From: Cyclobacteriaceae bacterium
GTDB taxonomy: Bacteria; Bacteroidota; Bacteroidia; Cytophagales; Cyclobacteriaceae
Direction: 5' to 3'
NCBI GenBank assembly: GCA_040222875.1
Contig: JAVKCG010000034.1
Location: 30,748-94,747 of the forward strand
Length of the DNA: 64,000 nucleotides
Shown: positions 45,551-54,586 of the stretch, one piece after another
Position numbering within the stretch: position 1 is the first letter of the stretch
Layout: every line of letters starts with the position of its first letter
Position numbers and translations under genes: made by a program
Notes under the pieces: generated by a model
The model's database searches: none
What the model saw: only the letters and a program-made list of their open reading frames with translations
What the model was told of the DNA's origin: nothing

Positions 45551-48061
45551 TTGTCACAACTTCAGTTTAGTCAAAATTCAAGTACCGAAAAAGAGACACT
45601 TTTTTGTGATGTAATAATACCTGTGCCCATACCAAATTTATTCACCTACAGGGTGCCTTTTGAGCTCAACGAGGTGGTTCAAACCGGCGTCAGAGTGGTG
45701 GTTCAATTTGGCAGAAAAAAAATACTTACAGGCATTATTGCCAAAATCCATACTGAGCCACCCAGAAAATATGAGGCGAAATACTTACTGGAGATTTTGG
45801 ACGTATCTCCGTCAATCAATCAAAAGCAGTTAGACCTAATAGAATGGGCGTCCAATTACTATATGGCTGCCCAGGGTGAAGTGCTGAATGTTGCCCTGCC
45901 CTCCGGATTGAAGCTTTCAAGCCAGTCGTTCATTCAGCTTAACCCGGATTTAGATGATGCAGATTTTGAGATAGATGAAAAAGAGGATCTGATTTTAAAG
46001 CATTTAAAAAACCAATTTCTGATGAGCTACGAAGAGGTAGCCCAGCTCTTAAATGTTAAGAATGTATTTAAGATTATTAAATCGCTTGTAGATAAAAAGC
46101 TGGTTTTTGTAATTGAACAAGTAAAAGAAAAATACAAGCCCAAAAAGGTGAAAAAGGTAAGGCTGGCTTCAAAATATCTTGATGAAAATGGGCTTAACCT
46201 GCTTTTTAAAAAGCTTGAGAAAAATGCCAAACAGACTGATGTACTACTGTCCTACATGCAAAAAGTCCCGATTCAGCAAAGCTCAGGCTTAAACACCGAT
46301 GGCATTAACCAATCAGACCTACTTACACCGAGGCTCTCAAAGTCATCCCTTAATACCTTAATCAAACATGGAATTATGGAGACGTTTACCGAAAACGTCT
46401 CCCGCCTACCAAAATATACAAGCGAATCAACCGCTGATGCCATTCAGCTCTCAGGTGAGCAGAAGGAAGCATCCGAAGAAATTTTAAAACAGTTCGAAAA
46501 CCAGGACACTGTATTACTCCATGGCATTACCGGAAGTGGCAAAACTGAGATCTATATCAAACTCATACAGCAGGCCATTGAAAATGGAAGCCAGGTGCTT
46601 TACATGCTACCCGAAATTGCCTTGACCACACAAATAGTCAAGCGCCTGCTCAAAGTTTTTGGTGAGCAAATGGCCATTTATCATTCCAAATATTCTGATA
46701 ACGAAAGAGTTGAAGTTTGGCAAAACCTCTTAGGTGAAAAATACTCTTTAGTTGTAGGAGTCAGGTCATCGGTATTCTTGCCATTTAGCAACCTCGGCCT
46801 GGTTATCGTAGATGAAGAACATGAAATTTCATATAAGCAATTTGATCAATCGCCACGGTACCATTCCAGGGATTTAGCCATTGTTTTAGCAGGCTTACAC
46901 CACGCTAAAACATTGTTGGGGTCAGCAACCCCATCATTCGAGAGCTACCACAATGCCAAAAATGACAAGTACGGCCATGTGTTTTTAGCAAAGAGATATG
47001 GCGAAGCGAACCTTCCTGAAATTCAAGTGGCAGATTTATTAAGGGAGAAAAAAAAGAAGATTGCGAAAGGGGATTTTACGTCAGTTTTTATAAAAGCTTT
47101 GGAAAGCACAGTGGCTGGGAGAAAACAGGCAATTGTTTTTCAGAACCGGAGAGGGTATTCGCCATTTCTCACTTGTGATGACTGTGCTGATGTGCCAAAA
47201 TGCGAAAATTGCTCAGTAAGCCTCACCTATCATATGCATGCAAATACGCTGAGGTGCCACTATTGCGGCTATAAAGAACCGGCCCCCAGATATTGTAAAG
47301 CCTGCGGTTCTCATCGCATTCAAACAGTGGGTATAGGAACTGAAAGAATTGAGGAGGAGCTTAAGACTTTTCTGCCAGGTGCCAGGATTGAAAGGATGGA
47401 TCTTGATACAACCCGAAGTAAGTATGGCTATCAGCAGATAATTGATGGTTTTGAAGAAGGTGATATTGATGTGCTAGTGGGCACTCAAATGGTAACCAAA
47501 GGGCTTGATTTTGACCGGGTTAATTTGGTGGGGATAGTGGATATTGACAGGCTCATTCATTTTCCTGATTTCAGGTCAATGGAGCGGGCTTTCCAGTTAA
47601 CAACTCAAGTGAGCGGGAGGGCTGGCAGAAGAAAAGATGCTGGTTTGGTGATTATTCAAACAAATGACCCAGACCAGGCTGGAATGAAGCATTTGGTCAA
47701 TCAGGATTTTGTACGTTTTTATCAAAACGAAATTGCTGAAAGAAAGAAATACCGTTATCCCCCTTTTCACAGACTGATCAAAATTTTGCTTAAACATAGG
47801 GACCAGCACATTGTTGAGAAAGCGGCACAACACGCAACCACGGCATTAAGAGAAAAACTGGGACATAGAATTCTTGGCCCAAAAGAGCCCTTGATCTCAA
47901 GAATTAGAAATAAGTACCACATGGAAATTCTTGTGAAGCTTGAAAAAGGCAATATCAATTTAGGTTCGGTGAAAGATTTTATTAAGGAATCCGTTTATAG
48001 AACAATCGACAATAGGGAATTTAAAAGTGTGGTTGTCGTTTTTGATGTAGACCCATTTTAA
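45551..48061 (+). CDS. priA: Primosomal replication-restart helicase PriA
   Basis: LLHGITGSGKTEIY (Walker A), VIVDEEHE, the Cys-rich Zn region CDDCADVPKCENCSVSLTYH ... RCHYCGY ... CKACGS, and GTQMVTKGLDF. The start (TTG at 45551) is uncertain. Confidence 0.95.
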   Translation: MSQLQFSQNSSTEKETLFCDVIIPVPIPNLFTYRVPFELNEVVQTGVRVVVQFGRKKILTGIIAKIHTEPPRKYEAKYLLEILDVSPSINQKQLDLIEWASNYYMAAQGEVLNVALPSGLKLSSQSFIQLNPDLDDADFEIDEKEDLILKHLKNQFLMSYEEVAQLLNVKNVFKIIKSLVDKKLVFVIEQVKEKYKPKKVKKVRLASKYLDENGLNLLFKKLEKNAKQTDVLLSYMQKVPIQQSSGLNTDGINQSDLLTPRLSKSSLNTLIKHGIMETFTENVSRLPKYTSESTADAIQLSGEQKEASEEILKQFENQDTVLLHGITGSGKTEIYIKLIQQAIENGSQVLYMLPEIALTTQIVKRLLKVFGEQMAIYHSKYSDNERVEVWQNLLGEKYSLVVGVRSSVFLPFSNLGLVIVDEEHEISYKQFDQSPRYHSRDLAIVLAGLHHAKTLLGSATPSFESYHNAKNDKYGHVFLAKRYGEANLPEIQVADLLREKKKKIAKGDFTSVFIKALESTVAGRKQAIVFQNRRGYSPFLTCDDCADVPKCENCSVSLTYHMHANTLRCHYCGYKEPAPRYCKACGSHRIQTVGIGTERIEEELKTFLPGARIERMDLDTTRSKYGYQQIIDGFEEGDIDVLVGTQMVTKGLDFDRVNLVGIVDIDRLIHFPDFRSMERAFQLTTQVSGRAGRRKDAGLVIIQTNDPDQAGMKHLVNQDFVRFYQNEIAERKKYRYPPFHRLIKILLKHRDQHIVEKAAQHATTALREKLGHRILGPKEPLISRIRNKYHMEILVKLEKGNINLGSVKDFIKESVYRTIDNREFKSVVVVFDVDPF

Positions 48062-48092
48062 TCCACTAGCGTTAAGGTAATTTTGCGTTGAA

Positions 48093-48815
48093 ATGAGCAC
48101 TATTAAACTCATCATTTTAGTTGTCATATTAGGCTTATCCTTAAGCCTGTTTCCAGGCTGTGAAAGTTGTGATGACTGCGGTCCATTGCAAAGTGAACCC
48201 ACCCTCCTTTTCAAGTTTTTCAACCGGGATAGCCTTGAAACCATTGAAGCAGTAATATCATCTAAGGAGGCAGTTAGAGATAGCATCGTGAACGGGATTG
48301 AATCGACTGATAGCCTGAAGGAAGTAATCGATAAGTTCAAAAACGACCTGATCCTGACAAGCGATCCCATTTTTGAAGACACTATAATTGTTTTACAAAT
48401 GAAATCAGATTCCCTTCTGGATGTCTTTAAACAGCTTAGCGATGCCAAAACATCAATTGAATCAACAATTAATGACCTCGAAGATCAGTTGACCTTAGTT
48501 AATTCAGGCTTAACAAAAGTTGATTCCATAATTTCAGTGGCTGATGGAAACGGAATCGTTCTATCGTCAGATAGCCTTGACAGCTTTAATATTCCACTGG
48601 CGGTCAATTCAGACAACTCATCTTATCGCTTCATCATTGGAGGTAAAAGCTTTGAACTGACTTTGAACTATATCCGTTCATTTGTTGAAGATGAAAAATC
48701 GAGGATTGTGGTTTTGATCTCCAACATTACACTTGTTGATCATAACTTTAAGGAGGTGGAGATTTCTTGTACAGATTGTTCAAATAAGAATACAAGTGTT
48801 ACGGCATACTTCTAA
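48093..48815 (+). CDS. Hypothetical lipoprotein
   Basis: Lipobox LSLSLFPGCESCDDC. No catalytic motif recognised. Confidence 0.5.
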   Translation: MSTIKLIILVVILGLSLSLFPGCESCDDCGPLQSEPTLLFKFFNRDSLETIEAVISSKEAVRDSIVNGIESTDSLKEVIDKFKNDLILTSDPIFEDTIIVLQMKSDSLLDVFKQLSDAKTSIESTINDLEDQLTLVNSGLTKVDSIISVADGNGIVLSSDSLDSFNIPLAVNSDNSSYRFIIGGKSFELTLNYIRSFVEDEKSRIVVLISNITLVDHNFKEVEISCTDCSNKNTSVTAYF

Positions 48816-49644
48816 ATATATTCTATGCTTAATTGTCTGGTTATCGGGAGAAACCTGCTTAGCCCAGACAGATAGCCTGGCTGTGCCCCAACCTAAAATC
48901 AATGCGGTTGATTCACTTCATGATAGCCCTGTAAACGCTTTTAATATTGACAGTTTAGGGTTAATCACTTCTGACAGCCTCGAAGTAAGCATGAGTGATA
49001 GCCTCGGTACTGACAGCTTGAGAAGTATGGTGGAGCAAAGGAGGCGAAAGCCTATTGACACCATTGATTATCCCCTAATATCAGCAGTCAGCATCTATTT
49101 CGACTACCCCAAACTATTCAGTTTTTTTACTGACTACGAAAACAAAGCTGAGGTCGGCTTAGAGCTCCAAATTTTCAAACGAATTTATGCCAGGGGTGAA
49201 TTTGGTAGGACACGGATTCGGCCGGATAATTTCTATAAAAATGTTGGCTACGAAGTAAGCGGCAATTATTTCAGGAGTGGACTTGCCTACAGGGGCACAA
49301 TTGGGGCAAAGAGTAACCTTGCACTCGGGGTGATGTATGGTAAGAGTGCTTTTGAAGACCGGGGCAGTGTACAAATTGAAGGTCAAAGTGGGTTGTTCGA
49401 TCCGCTAAACCAGGATTTTGAAAGAACTGAATTGAGCGGCGATTGGTTCGAACTATTTATCGGCACTGAAAGTAATCTTGGCAACAATATTTATCTCGGT
49501 TTTACATTCCGGGTTCGCAAGCTTAATACTTATGATCAATTCGATGAGCTTGATGTCTTTGCTGTCCCGGGCTATGGACGCACATTTGACAATAGTATTC
49601 CCGCTCTAAACATGTACATCAAATATAGAATCCCATTCTACTAG
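48796..49644 (+). CDS. Outer-membrane beta-barrel protein (DUF6048-like)
   Basis: I propose the GTG start at 48796, which gives the signal peptide (M)LRHTSKYILCLIVWLSGETCLAQ. The sequence has an alternating beta-strand pattern and the C-terminal beta-signal YIKYRIPFY. The track start at 48733 would overlap the upstream gene by 83 nt. Confidence 0.55.
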   Translation: MLRHTSKYILCLIVWLSGETCLAQTDSLAVPQPKINAVDSLHDSPVNAFNIDSLGLITSDSLEVSMSDSLGTDSLRSMVEQRRRKPIDTIDYPLISAVSIYFDYPKLFSFFTDYENKAEVGLELQIFKRIYARGEFGRTRIRPDNFYKNVGYEVSGNYFRSGLAYRGTIGAKSNLALGVMYGKSAFEDRGSVQIEGQSGLFDPLNQDFERTELSGDWFELFIGTESNLGNNIYLGFTFRVRKLNTYDQFDELDVFAVPGYGRTFDNSIPALNMYIKYRIPFY

Positions 49645-49784
49645 ATATTTAGCTAAGGGTTATTGGAATATTCTTATTCTTAATTGGGTTTTAGAATGTC
49701 TGTGTAGCGAAAGTTCTACAAATACTTGCATATAGCATCTAAAATTGCTGTCTTGCGACTTCGTCAACCTAAAATTCAAACAAA

Positions 49785-50492
49785 ATGAAACTTACAAACC
49801 TATTATTAGCCGCAATAGTTGGCTTTTTCCTCACCTCATGTGGTGGTGGAGCAAAGACTGAAGAAGCGGCAACCGATGAGGTAGCTGAAGAGGCTTCAAT
49901 GGAAGAAGAAGCACCTAAGTTTTCAATGGAAACAGCTGTAGGCGTTTTCCACGAGGTGGCCGATGTGGCAGCCTGGACTACAGCTTATGAAGCATTGTCA
50001 GACCCTGAAGGGAGGATCACAGTTTTGGCAAGTAACGAAAACCCAAACATGTTAGTGGTTTTCGAATGGACTGAAAGCCATGCTGCTGCAAAAGAGCAAT
50101 TCGGTTCTGATAGATTAAATCATGTTATGGATAGCATTGGAGTAGCCCCTGAGCGCAGTTATGTCTACTACGATGTCAAATGGGTAAATGACTCTGAAGA
50201 TGAGCCATTATCAAGCGTTATTGCTGTTTCTCATGAAGTTGTTGACTATGCAACATGGAAAGCCGCTTACGATGCCGACACTGAAAACCGGAAAACTGCC
50301 GGTTTGAGAGATGAAGCAGTTTCAGTTGATGCAGACAATCCTAACATGGTACACATGATATTCTCAACCAATGATGTAGATGCAGTAATGGCCATGATGG
50401 AATCTGACGATCTCAAGCAGAAAATGGAGGAAGCAGGTGTTAAAAGTGAGCCCAACGTTTCTGTTTGGGTACAGCCAAATACCGGTGCATAA
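49785..50492 (+). CDS. Hypothetical lipoprotein with two tandem ~90-aa repeats
   Basis: Lipobox FFLTSCGG and an acidic linker. Repeat 1 is VFHEVADVAAWTTAYEA ... NENPNMLVVFEW and repeat 2 is VSHEVVDYATWKAAYDA ... ADNPNMVHMIFS. Confidence 0.55.
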   Translation: MKLTNLLLAAIVGFFLTSCGGGAKTEEAATDEVAEEASMEEEAPKFSMETAVGVFHEVADVAAWTTAYEALSDPEGRITVLASNENPNMLVVFEWTESHAAAKEQFGSDRLNHVMDSIGVAPERSYVYYDVKWVNDSEDEPLSSVIAVSHEVVDYATWKAAYDADTENRKTAGLRDEAVSVDADNPNMVHMIFSTNDVDAVMAMMESDDLKQKMEEAGVKSEPNVSVWVQPNTGA

Positions 50493-50524
50493 AGATTTTT
50501 CAAAAACCAATCCTCAACCCAGTG

Positions 50525-50558
50525 AAACCCCGGATCAATTTCCGGGGTTTTTTATTTA
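50525..50558 (+). terminator. Rho-independent terminator between convergent genes
   Basis: The 10-bp perfect stem AAACCCCGGA (50525-50534) pairs with TCCGGGGTTT (50541-50550) across the loop TCAATT. It is followed by TTTTATTT and lies about 33 nt after the stop at 50492. Confidence 0.75.
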
Positions 50559-50566
50559 TGGACTTA

Positions 50567-51490
50567 TTAATATCCTTTGTTTCTCTCAATTAAATTTCTA
50601 AAATCATTACTTGTGCCAATTCTCTTAAAGTTTTCATAAATCTGTTGAGCGACACTTTTCGGGTTGGTTATGCTGGCGTTATGTGGCGTGATCATGATTT
50701 CTTGCCTACCCCAGAAAATATGGCCAGGCGGTAAAGGTTCTTCATTAAAAACATCGAGGAGTGCACCTGAAATAAACCCCTCATCTAATGCTGCTATTAA
50801 GTCCTCATCATTGACATGGGCTCCCCTTGCCACGTTGATCAAATAGGCACCTGGTTTCAACTTTTTGAATAATTCCAGATTCAAAATCCCACTAGTGGCT
50901 TCTGTAAGCGGAAGTAAACACACCAGCAAATCTGACTTTCCCAGGAAAAGGTCCAGTCCCTCATCTCCACTAAAACAAGCTACTCCTCGAATTTCTTTTG
51001 GGGATCGACTGTAGCCACATACCTCAAATTCCAGCGCCTTTAATTTTGCTGCCACGTCACTCCCTAATTCCCCTAATCCCAGGATACCGATAGTCAACTG
51101 CTTTGGAATGCGGAAACTCTTAATCCACTCATTTCTATTTCTTGCTTTCAGGTGGCCTACAAAATCCCGCTGGAAATTAAGGATTCCCTGAATAATGTAG
51201 TTGCTCATATCACGGCTTAGCTGGTCATCCACAACTTTCGTAATCGGTACATTGGGTAAACCAGGATCATCCAGAATGCTGTCGACCCCAGCCCCCATTG
51301 AGCATATTAACTGAAGGTTCGGGTAATCATTTAAAACCCCACGAGGATGCTTCCAAACAACTGCGCAGGTTATATCATTTGGATTCTTAATCTCAGGCCA
51401 AACTTCAACCCTCAATGTGGAATCCAGACTACTGAAATGCCTAGCCCAATTTGACCTAACCTGACCTGGAGCAATAATGGCAATTGACAT
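50567..51490 (-). CDS. ghrA: Glyoxylate/hydroxypyruvate reductase A (D-2-hydroxyacid dehydrogenase)
   Basis: Collinear with my recollection of E. coli GhrA: VWKHP ... GAGVDSIL ... TIGILGLGELGSDVA ... LINVARGAHVNDEDLIAALDEG ... GALLDVFNEEPLPPGH ... ITPHNASIT ... ending GY. Confidence 0.8.
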   Translation of the reverse strand: MSIAIIAPGQVRSNWARHFSSLDSTLRVEVWPEIKNPNDITCAVVWKHPRGVLNDYPNLQLICSMGAGVDSILDDPGLPNVPITKVVDDQLSRDMSNYIIQGILNFQRDFVGHLKARNRNEWIKSFRIPKQLTIGILGLGELGSDVAAKLKALEFEVCGYSRSPKEIRGVACFSGDEGLDLFLGKSDLLVCLLPLTEATSGILNLELFKKLKPGAYLINVARGAHVNDEDLIAALDEGFISGALLDVFNEEPLPPGHIFWGRQEIMITPHNASITNPKSVAQQIYENFKRIGTSNDFRNLIERNKGY

Positions 51491-51583
51491 AAGCTAAAAT
51501 AGTTTGAAGGCGATATTAAAGAAATGAACTGGTACATAACAGCAATCATGAAGTTTCTATCTTAACACTTCAATTCAGAACTT

Positions 51584-52690
51584 ATGGACAACTGGTATCA
51601 CATTAAGAATAACGATGACATTGACAGCCCATCCTTGGTCGTTTATCCAGACAGGATTAAGCACAATATTGACAACATGATCAGGATTGCCGGTTCGGCG
51701 GACAGACTGAGGCCCCATATCAAGACCTACAAAATGACTGAAATTATTGATATGCAATTGAAGGCTGGCATCAACAAATTTAAGTGTGCCACCATCTCTG
51801 AGGCTGAATTACTTGGTATAAGTGGGGCGCCAGATGCGCTTCTTGCATACCAACCGGTTGGCCCAAAGATCAGCCGCTTGATTGAACTGGTGAAGGCCTA
51901 TCCAAAAACATCCTATTCTGCACTTATTGATAATATTGATTCTGCTGAGAAGATAAATGCAGCATTTCTAAAAGCAGATTTGCGGCTCAATCTTTTAATT
52001 GATTTAGATACCGGTAATCATAGAACAGGAATTGTCCCTGAAAGCGGTTTAAATCTTTACAAAGAGTGCCGTGATCTTGAGTCGATCTCAATAATTGGTT
52101 TACATGCTTATGACGGTCATCTGAGGCAAGAACAATTCGAAGAACGAAAAAACCTGTGTGATCAAGCTTTTGAAGCCGTTGAAAAACTACATAAGGCGAT
52201 TTACGAATTCGATGACAGCGATTTACAGATTATTGCGGGAGGCAGCCCAACTTTTCCTTGCCATGCTTTAAGAGACGCTTCAGTACAATGTAGCCCCGGT
52301 ACTACACTGCTCTGGGATTGGACCTACAGCACATTAATGCCAGAGTCGGGGTTTCAACATGCCTCTATTGTGATATCAAGGCTTGTTTCAAAAGTTGGAA
52401 CCAATCGAATAACCCTTGATCTCGGCCATAAATCGATTGGTTCTGAAATGCCCTTTCCACGGGTTCAGTTCCTTAATTTAAGTGAAGGCAAGCAGATTGG
52501 TCACAGCGAAGAACATCTCGTAATTGAGGTTGAAGATAATTCTAAATATGCCATAGGTCAGGTATTCTATGGAGTGCCCATGCATGTATGCCCTACTGTG
52601 GCATTGCATCAGGTGGGCAATGTGGTTAAGAACGGTGTAGCTTCAGGTAAGTGGGGTGTGATTGCCAGAGATCGTAGAATCAACATTTGA
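51584..52690 (+). CDS. D-TA family PLP enzyme (D-threonine aldolase / DSD1-type D-serine dehydratase-like)
   Basis: Alanine-racemase-like N-terminal barrel with LRPHIKTYKMTEI (PLP Lys). C-terminal domain has GHSEEHLVIEV and PMHVCPTVAL. Confidence 0.7.
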   Translation: MDNWYHIKNNDDIDSPSLVVYPDRIKHNIDNMIRIAGSADRLRPHIKTYKMTEIIDMQLKAGINKFKCATISEAELLGISGAPDALLAYQPVGPKISRLIELVKAYPKTSYSALIDNIDSAEKINAAFLKADLRLNLLIDLDTGNHRTGIVPESGLNLYKECRDLESISIIGLHAYDGHLRQEQFEERKNLCDQAFEAVEKLHKAIYEFDDSDLQIIAGGSPTFPCHALRDASVQCSPGTTLLWDWTYSTLMPESGFQHASIVISRLVSKVGTNRITLDLGHKSIGSEMPFPRVQFLNLSEGKQIGHSEEHLVIEVEDNSKYAIGQVFYGVPMHVCPTVALHQVGNVVKNGVASGKWGVIARDRRINI

Positions 52691-52696
52691 TCAGTT

Positions 52697-53020
52697 CTAC
52701 TTAGGCTCCAAAGTCATCACATAATCATAGCTTTCATCTAACAGCCTGGCAACGTGATCAATATCTTTTAACATTACTTCGGTGATCAATATATAACCCC
52801 TCATAACGGCTCCGTAAGATTTTATAACTGAGGTATTGAACTCCTTCATGTACTGCTCCTGAACTTCCTTTGAAAATCTAATGCCAATTTCACCGTCTTT
52901 ATTCAGGATTGAAAACATGTACCCGTTTGCTGAAGTATAGAGCATTGATTTCCCTTTCAATTCAAATCTTGGGCATTTTTCAATAATGCTTTTGTAAAGT
53001 TTCAATTCTTCTGACTCCAT
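52697..53020 (-). CDS. Hypothetical protein (107 aa)
   Basis: ORF only, convergent with the D-TA gene across a 6-nt gap. No motif confidently recognised. Confidence 0.4.
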   Translation of the reverse strand: MESEELKLYKSIIEKCPRFELKGKSMLYTSANGYMFSILNKDGEIGIRFSKEVQEQYMKEFNTSVIKSYGAVMRGYILITEVMLKDIDHVARLLDESYDYVMTLEPK

Positions 53021-53150
53021 ATTTTTGGTATTTATTTAACAAAATCGTCCATTCTAGCAATTAAGCTGTCTTGTCGCCCTATAGTCGTTAGCTTCAATGC
53101 TATTTAAAATTGCTCAAAAAATGATTGTTAATCCCTATCTTGCAGTCATT

Positions 53151-53336
53151 ATGCAGATTTTAAGAAGCTGGAGGGAACAAAAAGTACTACTTAAGAGATG
53201 GTTTCCTATCTTAAATGATGAGGATTTTGAATATCCTGATGATCAAAAGGAGACAATGTTGGATAGGCTTGCAGCGAAACTGGACAAAAGCAGGGATGAG
53301 TTGGAATTGATCTTTGCAGACCTTCAACGCCATTAA
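53151..53336 (+). CDS. CsbD-like small stress protein (tentative)
   Basis: MQILRSWREQKVLLKRWFPILNDEDFEYPDDQKETMLDRLAAKLDKSRDELELIF follows the CsbD pattern W..K..LK ... L.D.D ... K...L..+L. I chose the internal ATG at 53151. Confidence 0.4.
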   Translation: MQILRSWREQKVLLKRWFPILNDEDFEYPDDQKETMLDRLAAKLDKSRDELELIFADLQRH

Positions 53337-53384
53337 TTTGGCTACCATATACCCTCAATCATAAACGCTCTTGATTAATTGTGA

Positions 53385-53408
53385 GATTTAGATAGCTTTA
53401 TCTAAATC
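53385..53408. promoter_or_regulatory. Perfect 10-bp inverted repeat GATTTAGATA-GCTT-TATCTAAATC, 8 nt upstream of the aminotransferase ATG
   Basis: The arms are 53385-53394 and 53399-53408, exact reverse complements. No U-tract follows, so this is more operator-like than terminator-like. Confidence 0.5.
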
Positions 53409-53416
53409 CCAAATCG

Positions 53417-54586
53417 ATGACCTCAAGCGTTAAAAGGGGCTGGCACTTTTTACAGATACCTGGTCCAAGCAACACCCCGAATAGAGTTCTTCAGGCGATT
53501 GCACAACCCACCATTGATCACAGGGGGCCTGCTTTCGGAGAGCTTACCCTTGATTTATTACCAAAGCTTCAAAACGTATTTCAAACCACCGGGAGTGTCG
53601 TGGTTTATCCCTCTTCTGGCACCGGGGCATGGGAAGCTGCCTTGGTAAACCTATTTCAACCGGGAGATAAAATATTAGCTTATGAGACAGGCCATTTTTC
53701 AAACCTGTGGAAAAACCTAGCTGAAAAAATTGGCCTCAAAGTAAAAACCATCGCCTCTGATTGGCGACGTGGTGTTGAAGCCCATCGAATCAAAGAAGCG
53801 CTTGCTGCAGATGACACCCACGAGATAAAAGCTGTGATGGTAGTGCATAATGAAACATCCACCGGGGTGACATCAAACCTTGAGGCCGTCAGAAAAGCCA
53901 TCGATGAAGTGCAGCATCCTGCATTGTTATTGGTTGATGTAGTTTCGTCCTTGGGAACCACCCCGTTTTATCAGGACAAATGGGGCATTGATGTAGCAAT
54001 AGCGGCTTCTCAAAAAGGGTTCATGTTGCCACCCGGGCTTGGGTTTAATTCAATTAATGACAAAGCATTAAAGATTGCTCAACAGAATCAAGCTTTGAAC
54101 TCGTACTGGCAGTGGGATAGGATCATTGAGATGAATGAAAAGGGCTACTACCCTTATACACCAGCCAGTAATTTGTTATTTGGCCTACAGGAAGCCCTAA
54201 ATATGATATTGGAAGAGGGATTGCCTACTTTATTTAACCGTCATGCGAAATTGGCCAAAGCTACACGGATGGCAGCTAAAGTATGGGGTCTTGAAAACCA
54301 GTGCCTGGTTGAAAACGAGTTTTCAGATAGCACAACTGCTTTAATAGTTCCCGGGGGAAAAGCTGATGAACTCAGAAAAATTGTATTGGATCAATTCAAT
54401 ATGTCTCTTGGCACAGGTTTAGGCCAATTGAAAGGCAAGGTTTTCAGAATTGGACATTTGGGAGATTTCAATGAGCTGATGCTCTGTGCTACACTCTCCG
54501 GTGTTGAAATGGGATTACAAATAGCGGGGATACCACATCAAAAAGGAGGTGTACAAGCTGCGATGGATTTTCTCACTGAAAGCTAA
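53417..54586 (+). CDS. Class V aminotransferase (serine-glyoxylate / alanine-glyoxylate aminotransferase-like)
   Basis: PGPSNTPNRVLQA ... SSGTGAWEAAL ... HNETSTGV ... DVVSSLG ... ASQKGFMLPPGLGF (PLP Lys) ... FRIGHLG. Confidence 0.8.
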   Translation: MTSSVKRGWHFLQIPGPSNTPNRVLQAIAQPTIDHRGPAFGELTLDLLPKLQNVFQTTGSVVVYPSSGTGAWEAALVNLFQPGDKILAYETGHFSNLWKNLAEKIGLKVKTIASDWRRGVEAHRIKEALAADDTHEIKAVMVVHNETSTGVTSNLEAVRKAIDEVQHPALLLVDVVSSLGTTPFYQDKWGIDVAIAASQKGFMLPPGLGFNSINDKALKIAQQNQALNSYWQWDRIIEMNEKGYYPYTPASNLLFGLQEALNMILEEGLPTLFNRHAKLAKATRMAAKVWGLENQCLVENEFSDSTTALIVPGGKADELRKIVLDQFNMSLGTGLGQLKGKVFRIGHLGDFNELMLCATLSGVEMGLQIAGIPHQKGGVQAAMDFLTES

